Source: a virus
Taxonomy: Duplodnaviria; Caudoviricetes
IMG/VR virus record: IMGVR_UViG_3300017988_000959
Location: 1-38,407 of that record
Length of the DNA: 38,407 nucleotides
Strand: one strand, 5' to 3'
Part shown: piece by piece, positions 27,790-36,636 of the stretch
How the letters are laid out: each line of letters opens with the position of its first letter
Position numbering within the stretch: position 1 is the first letter of the stretch
The notes under the pieces: generated by a model
Told to the model about the DNA's origin: nothing
Databases searched by the model: none
The model's input: the letters and a program-made list of their open reading frames with translations, nothing else
Program-made: the position numbers and the translations under genes

Positions 27790-29289
27790 TCACGCGTCGA
27801 TCCAATGGATCTTCGGCAGTTCCAAACCCTGGTCTACAAGGCCCTGGATGAGAATCGTAAGTCCATCCAGCAAATCGTCATGTGCCTCAACGCCCAGGTT
27901 GAATATCTGTCCTAAAAGCTGCTCGCATCCCGTCCGCGGGAAAAGCACGGTTCCGTTCTTGATGTACGGGGCTACCACCTGCAATCTGGCCCGCTTGTCG
28001 CCATGTGGCTTCATGGAGACGACAGGAAGCATGGCGCGCTCCATCTCCTGTATTGCGGCCTTCTGGTAGGCTACGTCCTCAACAAAGAACAGATTGGCAC
28101 CTTTCCGTTTTGAGGGCACTTCTCGGATATATTGCATGAATTCGTGAAAAGTGAGGTGTGCATTGAGCGGATCGGGCATGATGAAGATTTTTGGCGAATC
28201 ATCAACGTAGTAAACATCACCTTCCACGTCCGTCGTATAGTCCGCGTTCTCCTTCTGTGAGATGGCAAGGTCATTGCCGTGCCCCTTGATCGACGGGATA
28301 TTGTTCTTGGGAAGCTCGTCGTAGTAGGTGATGTCCTCCGGTTTAATGATCGCTTTTTCCTCGGCGACCACCTTGAGCTTGTACTCACGTTCCCATGCTG
28401 TTGCTCCCGCGTTCTTCCGTTCTGCGTCGATGGCAGCCTGATTCGGGTACTGTGCCTTCCATAGACACGATTGCCATTCGTCCGCATCGTTCACGAGCGG
28501 GAATTCAAGCACCTTGAACGTGCCCTTTGCCTTGACCCGTGCGGCAAGGGCGTCCATGTGCAGGTTGTTGATGAGAATGATGAGTTTGCGCTTCTGTTTG
28601 TCGAGGCCAGGAATGACCTCGGAATTGAGCCATTGCTCGGTCTTATCCCTGTTTTCTTTCTTCTTGACCCATTCGCCGTCCTCTGGGTCGTCGATGATGA
28701 CGGCACGTGGCCGCCACTGCCGATGTTTCAAACCGCGTATCTTCTGGCCTCGTGAACGAGCAAGGATTCTCACGTCGTTCGACAGGAGAAGATTTCGGGC
28801 CTGCCATTCCTCTTCGCTCTCGAAGCTCGGATCGGGCACGGGGTCGTCAAGGTCCTTGAACTCGAATGTTCCGTAGTCCTGTTTCAGTAAGCTGTTCGTT
28901 TCGAGCTCATGTTTGATATTGGCGATATTGATGCCGGCCTGCGTACCCGTGTCCGATATAGGCAAAATGAACGGATATTCCGCCGATTTTTCGAGGGCAA
29001 AGTAGATGGGAACAATGAGAGAGCCGAACGTCGTTTTTGAGCATCCGCGGAATCCGATAACCTCTAGGAACTCGATGAGGTCGTCGTCCATCGCGGCAAT
29101 CATCGGATCATGATGATCGCCTGGCGGAAGGTACAGGTGGTGAGAAAAGTAAAGGAGCGCGAATCCTTTTAAGGTTCGGCGCAACTGCTTTCTGACTTCA
29201 GGATCGCTGAGTATCCCCGTAAACGACTGTTCAGGCGTTAGGCAAGGCAGGGGTGCTTTGAGAATTGTCGGGGGTCGGTGTTGCTCCAT
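27790..29289 (-). CDS. terL: Terminase large subunit
   Basis: Walker A GFRGCSKTT, RGLK, Walker B VIIDDPE, nuclease DLAIS, VEDVAYQ, and HDDLLDG. Confidence 0.95.
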   Translation of the reverse strand: MEQHRPPTILKAPLPCLTPEQSFTGILSDPEVRKQLRRTLKGFALLYFSHHLYLPPGDHHDPMIAAMDDDLIEFLEVIGFRGCSKTTFGSLIVPIYFALEKSAEYPFILPISDTGTQAGINIANIKHELETNSLLKQDYGTFEFKDLDDPVPDPSFESEEEWQARNLLLSNDVRILARSRGQKIRGLKHRQWRPRAVIIDDPEDGEWVKKKENRDKTEQWLNSEVIPGLDKQKRKLIILINNLHMDALAARVKAKGTFKVLEFPLVNDADEWQSCLWKAQYPNQAAIDAERKNAGATAWEREYKLKVVAEEKAIIKPEDITYYDELPKNNIPSIKGHGNDLAISQKENADYTTDVEGDVYYVDDSPKIFIMPDPLNAHLTFHEFMQYIREVPSKRKGANLFFVEDVAYQKAAIQEMERAMLPVVSMKPHGDKRARLQVVAPYIKNGTVLFPRTGCEQLLGQIFNLGVEAHDDLLDGLTILIQGLVDQGLELPKIHWIDA

Positions 29290-29854
29290 TCACAGCTATG
29301 ACTTCGGTAAGCTTCGGCCTTTGCGTTGGCAATGATAGGTCGATGCCCCAGCGCTTGAACGCCTTGGTGATGCGGTCGGCCGTCTCTGGATCGAGCGGAG
29401 CCGCCCGATATACATTCACGTCCACGGTTCCGAGTTTACGGTCAAAGATTCCGGCGTCCATTTCAGCTTTGAGAATTGCGAGGTCGAGCTTGACGATGGT
29501 GTTCGCCGCGCGGATCACGTCCTGAATCTGTGGCATCCCGATACCTTCGTCAACGTATTCGATCTTCCAGTCGATGATCTTCCACAGCTTGTCCGTGATG
29601 ACGCGATACCGTTCCTTCGTCTCAGCAAGCCGTTCGTTGACCTTCTGCGTGTCCACGGCAAGCGCCTTCTCGCGGTTCAGCTTGCGGACTACTTTGGCGA
29701 GATAATGCCATTCGATGGGATTTCCTTCGTAGGTCTGAAATCCCTTATTCTTAAGCTCTTTTTGGAGAGCATAGACGGAAATGAGCGGATTCTTGCCCAT
29801 TACGTCGCGTATGGCGAGCTTTAGTTTCTGCTCTTGTTCGGCTGACTTCCTCAT
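29231..29854 (-). CDS. Putative terminase small subunit
   Basis: Helical protein with an HTH-like N-terminus, overlapping the terL start. ATG at 29854. Confidence 0.6.
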   Translation of the reverse strand: MRKSAEQEQKLKLAIRDVMGKNPLISVYALQKELKNKGFQTYEGNPIEWHYLAKVVRKLNREKALAVDTQKVNERLAETKERYRVITDKLWKIIDWKIEYVDEGIGMPQIQDVIRAANTIVKLDLAILKAEMDAGIFDRKLGTVDVNVYRAAPLDPETADRITKAFKRWGIDLSLPTQRPKLTEVIAVNGATPTPDNSQSTPALPNA

Positions 29855-29891
29855 TGGTTGTGATTTGTAGTTAGACGCTTGACTTGACCTG

Positions 29892-29919
29892 AGTTTACTG
29901 CGTTCGTAAAAGAGCGCAA
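29892..29919 (-). promoter_or_regulatory. Packaging/late operon promoter candidate
   Basis: TTGCGC-16 nt-TAAACT immediately after a terminator. Confidence 0.45.
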
Positions 29920-29923
29920 GGGC

Positions 29924-29952
29924 AATAAAAAAGCGGCCATTTCTGACCGCTT
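29924..29952 (-). terminator. Intrinsic terminator ending the early operon
   Basis: AAGCGGTCA-GAAA-TGGCCGCTT-TTTTATT. Confidence 0.75.
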
Positions 29953-29972
29953 CCGTCATCATTAGCTTTCGG

Positions 29973-30236
29973 CTACTTCTGAGGTTTAATCCCTGTATGC
30001 ACCTCAGTTTTGATGTCGAAACGGCCAACATAAAAGCCGTGCTGTTCTATTTCCTCGATGGCCTTCTTGGAATCGAGCCCAATGCGTTTATCATTTGCGC
30101 TCAATTCCCCTTCAAGCTCGCCATAAAACGTCCATTCGCCGCTGCATAATCCCTTTGCCGCTTCAGGGATCTCTTTGGTCGGCACCAACAACCGCACGTA
30201 AGAATCACGAGTGCATTTGTATTGATAAACTTTCAT
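29973..30236 (-). CDS. Hypothetical protein
   Basis: 87-aa ORF co-oriented with its neighbours. Confidence 0.65.
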   Translation of the reverse strand: MKVYQYKCTRDSYVRLLVPTKEIPEAAKGLCSGEWTFYGELEGELSANDKRIGLDSKKAIEEIEQHGFYVGRFDIKTEVHTGIKPQK

Positions 30237-30270
30237 CTGAATCCTCCGGAAGCGATTGTACTGTGGAGGC

Positions 30271-30462
30271 CTATTTGCTCGCTAGTTCTTTGATCGTCTG
30301 CTGGAGCTTGTGGATGTCCTCTAAATCTCCGATGAATTCTATGCGGGCTTTCATCTTGTGGAGCTTTTTCAGGTCTTCCGGCGTCGTTGCTTCATAGAGG
30401 GCCTTTTCGAGCTCCTTCTGGCTTACCGCCGGTCCGAATTTTATAGTGTAGTGTTCGATCAT
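30271..30462 (-). CDS. Hypothetical protein
   Basis: ATGA overlap with the upstream gene. Confidence 0.6.
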   Translation of the reverse strand: MIEHYTIKFGPAVSQKELEKALYEATTPEDLKKLHKMKARIEFIGDLEDIHKLQQTIKELASK

Positions 30463-30686
30463 TTCTTCGATTTATCCTCTTTTGCTTTGACAATCTCTAC
30501 GATACTGCCGCTCATGAGATTTACAATTGTTCCGCTCTCCATGTCTACGAGCTGAACGATATACCTCGCTCTATGCGGATCAAGCGGGTTGTAATCGGCT
30601 GGCGGCTCCTGCTCGTAAAGGCATTGGTCAGTCACGAGGTATCTCCGCCCTGCGATCGGATTGAATTTGTCTTCTGGTTTACTCAT
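30459..30686 (-). CDS. Hypothetical protein
   Basis: Tightly coupled ORF. Confidence 0.6.
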   Translation of the reverse strand: MSKPEDKFNPIAGRRYLVTDQCLYEQEPPADYNPLDPHRARYIVQLVDMESGTIVNLMSGSIVEIVKAKEDKSKK

Positions 30687-31073
30687 GCCTTAAGATTGCT
30701 GTTTTAACTGCCTCAAAGGTGTCGCCGATCAGATACGCAAACCATTCCTCTTGCTTCGTACAGACGCCTGTCGTCATCTTCAGTGCCTTCACGCGGAGCC
30801 TGCTAATCATGTAGCCGGACATTGCGTGCACGAGTTCGTGCGCTATCGTTCCGTCGGTTAGCTCCTGTTTTGAAAGGTACATCCTTGCAACCATGCCTTC
30901 CTCATGCGTGGCTTGCTCGTGTCTGTAAGCGCCATAAGATTGTCAATCCTTCCAAAGGGAAACGGAACGATGTCCCTCTTGATCGCCTCCTGCATCTTCT
31001 TTTCTGTTGCGTAGACTCTGATTTCTAAAAAGAACGATTTCTGTCCCTGGATTGGTACTTTTATCTTTGTCAT
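30679..31073 (-). pseudogene. HExxH metallopeptidase-like gene apparently split by a frameshift (30858-31073 and 30679-30894)
   Basis: The downstream frame has IAHELVHA...EEWFAY. The upstream frame supplies a plausible N-terminus and the two frames overlap. Confidence 0.45.
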
Positions 31074-31128
31074 GTTTTGAAAAAACAGGGCCGGCAAGCT
31101 TCACCTGCTCTCACCGGCCCCGTATTGC

Positions 31129-31470
31129 TTACTGCTGTCCTTCCTCTCCTTCCGGCGCGGCTTCTTCCGGCTTGTCCTCGCCTTCGGATTCCTCCTCGGG
31201 CTTGGTTTCTTCCGCTGGCTGTTCCGGTTCGGGTGCGACTTCCGATTTCTCGGATTCCTCCGCTGGCGCTTCCGTCTCCGTTTCCGCCGGCTGCTCCGCT
31301 TCGGGAGCAGTTTCCGATACTTCCGATGTTTCCGCTTCGCCGGCCGTGGTCGTAGGGATGTCGCTCGATGGCGCGCCTGCCGTTGATTCCTCCGGCTGTA
31401 CCTGAACCTTCGGCTGTTCGGCTCCGACTTCCGCTAATCCTCCATTCTCACTTGCTGTGTAATCTGCCAT
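31129..31470 (-). CDS. Highly acidic disordered protein
   Basis: E/P/A/T-rich, with EQPAE repeats. Confidence 0.7.
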   Translation of the reverse strand: MADYTASENGGLAEVGAEQPKVQVQPEESTAGAPSSDIPTTTAGEAETSEVSETAPEAEQPAETETEAPAEESEKSEVAPEPEQPAEETKPEEESEGEDKPEEAAPEGEEGQQ

Positions 31471-31482
31471 AGATTTGAGTCC

Positions 31483-31704
31483 TTATTCTGATTTTTGGTT
31501 CTCGACCTTTGTTGTTCTGAAGCCGATGTCGGCCCAATATCCTTCTTCGGTATCTCCGAACGGGTTCGGCGCTTTCTGATCTTTCCAGATGAACACCCTG
31601 CCGTTGTCGTACTGAATCGCGGCGATTCGTCCGTCCGTGGCCGTGAGCACCTGCACGATCTTCGGCCGCTTGGCCTTTTTGTGTTTTGAGGTAGGTGTGT
31701 CCAT
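31483..31704 (-). CDS. Hypothetical protein, paralog of 31706-31924
   Basis: PKIVQV...YDNGRVF...YW. Confidence 0.7.
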   Translation of the reverse strand: MDTPTSKHKKAKRPKIVQVLTATDGRIAAIQYDNGRVFIWKDQKAPNPFGDTEEGYWADIGFRTTKVENQKSE

Positions 31705-31705
31705 G

Positions 31706-31924
31706 TCAGTTGAGGGGATACTTTATTTCATGCCAAAAGTGACCGAGTCCTTGTAACTGCTTCATGCCGTCGGGTAAGGGAATATAGATTTCGTCAAACG
31801 TACGCTCAAACACTCGTCCATCGTCATAGAGCAAGACAATGTAACCATCACCTCCGGTAGCCGAAACTTGTATGATCTTCGGCTTCCTCGCGGTCTTTGC
31901 CACGTTCTTTGTTTTCTTTGCCAT
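31706..31924 (-). CDS. Hypothetical protein, paralog of 31483-31704
   Basis: PKIIQV...YDDGRVF...FW. Confidence 0.7.
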   Translation of the reverse strand: MAKKTKNVAKTARKPKIIQVSATGGDGYIVLLYDDGRVFERTFDEIYIPLPDGMKQLQGLGHFWHEIKYPLN

Positions 31925-31927
31925 GAA

Positions 31928-32437
31928 TCAGAGGTGTCTTATTTTGTCTGCCGTTGACCTGGCGTTCGCCGCCATATTGCGGAAGTATTGCGCGGTCTTC
32001 TCGGCTTCGGAGACGGCCTTGCTTTCTTCCTCGGCCTGCTGGCGCTTTGCCGCGGCGAGCTTCTCGGCTTCCTTGCGGTCTTGATCGGATTCGTACTTTT
32101 CCTGTCCGGTCATGAGAGAACGCTTGACGAGCTTCATCTCCTTGTCGCATTGGGCGCAATGAACAGGCGTGCCAGCCTCGTTTTCAACCGCTTCATTTCC
32201 GAGGTACAGTTCATGCCCGTTCTCGCACTCCCAAAAGCCCTTTTCCTCCATCTCGGCCATGTGCTTGATGCGGTCTTCCATCGTGTCTGCGTCCGTGTTC
32301 AACTGCTCGATAAGGTCGCGCTTCTCCTGCGCGTTCTTCGATGCAAGTGCGGCGCTCAATTCCGACTTCTGTGCTTGGGCCTCGAAACTGAAAATGTAAG
32401 AGGTCTTGGCCCATATCTTTGCCAAAATGCGAATCAT
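31928..32437 (-). CDS. Coiled-coil protein with central Zn-ribbon (CxxGH...CxxC)
   Basis: WECENGHE...HCAQCD flanked by heptad-rich helices. Confidence 0.7.
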   Translation of the reverse strand: MIRILAKIWAKTSYIFSFEAQAQKSELSAALASKNAQEKRDLIEQLNTDADTMEDRIKHMAEMEEKGFWECENGHELYLGNEAVENEAGTPVHCAQCDKEMKLVKRSLMTGQEKYESDQDRKEAEKLAAAKRQQAEEESKAVSEAEKTAQYFRNMAANARSTADKIRHL

Positions 32438-32453
32438 GTTGTTGTGGATAGAA

Positions 32454-32771
32454 TTAGTTTATGTCTTCTGCTGGATTCTTCAATGGTTCTTCGGTGGATA
32501 ACTTATCGGGCGGACGCTCGACCCTGCACGGGCACGGAGAGTTTCCTCCTGATCCGTACATGCAACCTCCAGCCGCGCAGTGAACCCAGAGAAGATGTCC
32601 GCACTCCGGGCAAACTCCCATGTCGTGCGCTATGCAGTGATGCGGGCCTTTCGATGGCCGGGGAACGTGGTAATGCTGTTCGCGGTGTTCCTCCTCGTCG
32701 GCTTCGATGTCCGCCGGATCAGTGCCTTCGGGTTCTTCCATGAATTCAAGGAATGAGAGTTCGCGCGGCAT
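32454..32771 (-). CDS. Cys/His-rich hypothetical protein
   Basis: Acidic N-terminus. CPECGH...HC...C...CPC. Confidence 0.6.
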   Translation of the reverse strand: MPRELSFLEFMEEPEGTDPADIEADEEEHREQHYHVPRPSKGPHHCIAHDMGVCPECGHLLWVHCAAGGCMYGSGGNSPCPCRVERPPDKLSTEEPLKNPAEDIN

Positions 32772-32774
32772 GGT

Positions 32775-33272
32775 TCAGTTCTTCTTTTTCTTCCGCTCGA
32801 CGATGGGGAAGTGGTTCGGTCTCAGCATGAAATAGGTCTGCTCGTATACCCTTCGGCCCATCCTGGCTGCCGCCTTCAGCGTTCCGAGTTCCTCGATTGT
32901 CCACGGTTCCTCTTTGCGGGAAAGTTTTTCAAGGAATTCTGCCGTTCCCTTTCCGTATTTCTCGTCGATCGCTTTTCCGTGCTCGTAGGTCATTCCGCCG
33001 GCGAATCTATTACAGCTCGCACATTGGCCGTTCAGGTTGTACGGGTGAAAACGGGTCGATTCGTTCTCGCTGATTCTAAAATGTCCCGCTTCAAGCTTGA
33101 GATAATTTCCGCAGGTTATGCAGATTCCGAATCCCCCTTCGCTTTCCGGCCGCGCATCCCGCTCGCGGATCATCTTGTTCACCGCGTCCTGCGTATTGCG
33201 AAGCTCCTTCTGCCGGGGATTCGATGAGATGCTGTGAAGGCCCTTACGCCGTTTAAGGTAGCTCCGCTTCAT
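32775..33272 (-). CDS. ninG: NinG/Rap-like recombination endonuclease
   Basis: IRERD...CITCG...AGHF...TRFHPYNLNGQCASCN. Confidence 0.85.
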   Translation of the reverse strand: MKRSYLKRRKGLHSISSNPRQKELRNTQDAVNKMIRERDARPESEGGFGICITCGNYLKLEAGHFRISENESTRFHPYNLNGQCASCNRFAGGMTYEHGKAIDEKYGKGTAEFLEKLSRKEEPWTIEELGTLKAAARMGRRVYEQTYFMLRPNHFPIVERKKKKN

Positions 33273-33487
33273 TCCTCCGGTGAAAGTTTAATCATCTCGT
33301 CGTTTCCGACAAACAGACGTTCCTTATCCTCGCCGATTTTCGCTATCACCTTCCCGTCGAAGGTACAGATATAGGCAACGCGGCGTATGGGGTCATGTTC
33401 AGTTCCGTCACCCTCATTCACCTCAACCTTCAAAAGCTCTATTTTTCGGACATGCCGAAAGTTTGCATATAGTTCGTCTTGCTTCAT
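33269..33487 (-). CDS. Hypothetical protein
   Basis: GDGTEHDPIRRV...FDGKVIA. ATGA-coupled to its neighbours. Confidence 0.7.
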   Translation of the reverse strand: MKQDELYANFRHVRKIELLKVEVNEGDGTEHDPIRRVAYICTFDGKVIAKIGEDKERLFVGNDEMIKLSPEE

Positions 33488-33813
33488 GCGAATAGTCCGA
33501 CTTGGTTTGTCACTTCGACTTTCTTCGGCTCAAATGCTGGCGGGAGTTTCGGCTGTACGCTTTTCCACGCGTGGGCGTTGCTTCCCGTCACCCTGCACTT
33601 CCTGATTCCCGCGTCCACGACGAGCGGCATTTTAAGCGTGCGGAGTTCAAGCGTACGCGGCGTTATTCTGTTCACCGGCCAGCCGAGATGTTGGGCAAGT
33701 TCCGCATTGGTCGCGTCGGGAAAGAAGCTCAACGCGTCAAGGACTTCCTTCTGCTTCGCGCCGAGGCCCTGCTTTGCGAGGTCATAGGCCATACGTGATG
33801 TTTCTTGGATCAT
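33484..33813 (-). CDS. Winged-helix DNA-binding protein
   Basis: Start MIQETS at 33813. ATNAELAQHLGWPVNRITPRTLEL, and RKCRVTG. Confidence 0.75.
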   Translation of the reverse strand: MIQETSRMAYDLAKQGLGAKQKEVLDALSFFPDATNAELAQHLGWPVNRITPRTLELRTLKMPLVVDAGIRKCRVTGSNAHAWKSVQPKLPPAFEPKKVEVTNQVGLFA

Positions 33814-33860
33814 GCTTTTGAAAAGCGGGGCTGATACAATCTCAGCCCCGCCGCGCGTGT

Positions 33861-34837
<977 letters not shown>

Positions 34838-34871
34838 GAATGTTGTTGATTAGATTTATGTGCTGTGACTT

Positions 34872-35477
34872 TTAGAATGGGAGGTCGGGCATCGGCGCAT
34901 CGCCATAGTCGATGCTTCCCATGTCGTTTTCCGCGCTGTCGATCGAACGATCATGAGATTCGGCCTTCTGATACTGCGGCTTCTTCGGCGTGAATGGCTT
35001 GGCTTGCCATGCTGGCTTTGTTGCTGGGGCCGGATTCCTATTGTCCTGGCTGTCGAAGTCAAGATTGTTGTCCTTAATTTGAAAGACCTTCATCTTGATA
35101 TACCGCTCGCTGTAGGTGTCCATGCCGCCCATCTGTTGCGCCGCGTTCGTCGCCTTGATCTCCGGTGATTCGGTGCGAAGCTCGAAATGTAAGCTCTCTG
35201 CTGGCTTGTCGAGATTTACGAAATCGAGCGTCTGGTAGCAACCGAGTGCATCCTTTTTAAGATTGGTAAGGCACTCCGTCCGCGTCTGCTCGCACGCCTG
35301 AAACACAAGATTATCCACCTGCTCCGGCGTGTAGTAGTCGTAGCCGGAATAGCTGTTGTGCCCGGCCTTCTTTTCTCCCGATGTTTTGATGATCTTCCGT
35401 GCCTCGTGGAGGAGTTGGAGGATGTTCATTTCCGATAATCCCTCGATCTCCGCTGGCTTCTTTTCTTCTTTTGCCAT
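34872..35477 (-). CDS. ERF-family single-strand annealing protein
   Basis: KKAGHNSYSGYDYY and QQMGGMDTYSERY (ERF motif). Start MAKEEKK at 35477. Ends in DLPF. Confidence 0.8.
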   Translation of the reverse strand: MAKEEKKPAEIEGLSEMNILQLLHEARKIIKTSGEKKAGHNSYSGYDYYTPEQVDNLVFQACEQTRTECLTNLKKDALGCYQTLDFVNLDKPAESLHFELRTESPEIKATNAAQQMGGMDTYSERYIKMKVFQIKDNNLDFDSQDNRNPAPATKPAWQAKPFTPKKPQYQKAESHDRSIDSAENDMGSIDYGDAPMPDLPF

Positions 35478-35478
35478 T

Positions 35479-35625
35479 TTAGTTATTCGCTGTTTTATAT
35501 TCGTCATGCTCCGACATGGCATGATCTTCGTCATCTTCCCGCTCGTCCGCTTCGCACGCGGCGGCAAGATTCTCGCGCTCCACTTCTTCTATCTCCCCAC
35601 CCTGTATGAATTCGTCTTGATACAT
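35479..35625 (-). CDS. Small acidic protein (48 aa, below the ORF-track cutoff)
   Basis: MYQDEFIQGGEIEEVERENLAAACEADEREDDEDHAMSEHDEYKTANN exactly fills the gap between flanking genes. Confidence 0.6.
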   Translation of the reverse strand: MYQDEFIQGGEIEEVERENLAAACEADEREDDEDHAMSEHDEYKTANN

Positions 35626-35629
35626 GAGT

Positions 35630-35824
35630 TTAATTTTCAGTTTCTTTTAAGAGGTCGCCTTCTTTTATCGCCCTGACGGTCACTTTCTCCGTCCGCGAAC
35701 CTTTCCCCTTTGATTTCTGCCACTCCTTGATCGCCCTGCTGATAGCTGCCGCCCAACCGCTCGCCTGCACCGTGTAAGAACTTGGATATTTGTCACCGAT
35801 AACTTCCACGCGATAGAGTTTCAT
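35630..35824 (-). CDS. Hypothetical protein
   Basis: Start MKLYRVEV at 35824. Confidence 0.65.
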   Translation of the reverse strand: MKLYRVEVIGDKYPSSYTVQASGWAAAISRAIKEWQKSKGKGSRTEKVTVRAIKEGDLLKETEN

Positions 35825-35884
35825 GATTTCGTTGAAATGTGGAGATGAAAGACGCACGTCTTACATCCCCTCATTTGTGCGCCT

Positions 35885-36043
35885 TTACTTTATGACCGGA
35901 AAGAACGTTTCTATCACCGCATAAGAGAATAGACCGATGAACGCCGCATAGAAGAAAAAGAATGCGACCGTGCCGAACCAGCTTTTCTTCTTCGGTACCA
36001 ACCAACCGACCCCGTCGATCTCCTGAAGTTCGTAATCTTTCAT
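35885..36043 (-). CDS. Small single-TM protein (52 aa), first gene after the ncRNA array
   Basis: MKDYELQEIDGVGWLVPKKKSWFGTVAFFFFYAAFIGLFSYAVIETFFPVIK, preceded by AAAGGTCG and an A-rich leader. Confidence 0.65.
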   Translation of the reverse strand: MKDYELQEIDGVGWLVPKKKSWFGTVAFFFFYAAFIGLFSYAVIETFFPVIK

Positions 36044-36075
36044 AGAATTTATTTATTGTTTGTTTCGACCTTTTG

Positions 36076-36284
36076 GGTGATTCGCTGGCGAGAAGAAGTG
36101 TTTGGGACTTTCACCCAATAGCCGCGTAATGCGGACATAGGACTTCGGTTTCGCTGGAAACCTACTGTAAGCTCCTGTTTTCCCCGATAGCTATTCGGGA
36201 GGAGCAGGCGTGCACGCTTGTTAACCACCTATGGCTGGTACAGACGGTCTAGCCGTCTCCACTTCTTCTTGTCAACGAACCACC
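36076..36284 (-). ncRNA. Multibranch structured RNA cassette (D)
   Basis: 25-bp terminal stem enclosing at least 5 hairpins, including a T-loop-type TTGGG-TGAAA-GT-CCCAA. Confidence 0.65.
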
Positions 36285-36287
36285 TCG

Positions 36288-36385
36288 GCTCTTTGAGAAC
36301 CGAGAGCTGGATGGGAACTGAATTGTTTAATTACAGGGCGTGCATTCATTCTGCCCCACAATCCAGCTTTCGATTTTCAAAGTGC
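36288..36385 (-). ncRNA. Long-stem RNA cassette (C)
   Basis: GCTCTTTGAGAACCGAGAGCTGGAT / ATCCAGCTTTCGATTTTCAAAGTGC inverted repeat of ~25 bp. Confidence 0.6.
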
Positions 36386-36386
36386 T

Positions 36387-36524
36387 ATCTCACGTCGGGA
36401 GTGAGAGGGGATAATTCTTAGAGATTCCTTGCGTCCAAGTCCCACTGGATTATCGCCGTCAGTTTTTATCGCAACGGGGTCTAATTCCCGTCCGGTACTT
36501 TCCCCCTCATTCCAGACATGAGAT
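36387..36524 (-). ncRNA. Long-stem RNA cassette (B)
   Basis: ATCTCACGTCGGGAGTGAGAGGGGA / TCCCCCTCATTCCAGACATGAGAT inverted repeat of ~24 bp with internal hairpins. Confidence 0.6.
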
Positions 36525-36636
36525 TTTCAATGAGCTTCGATAGATGAGGGGCGCGGTGCTATTGTGTCCGCCTTTGAGTTTTGAAATGCTCTCCGGTCGG
36601 CAGAGTGTCGCACTGTTCTTACCCCGTTGAAGTGTA

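Noticed and set aside
32443-32501. Additional DnaA boxes (TGTGGATAG, GGTGGATAA)
   Set aside because: Each has one mismatch, one lies inside a CDS, and no linked promoter was found.
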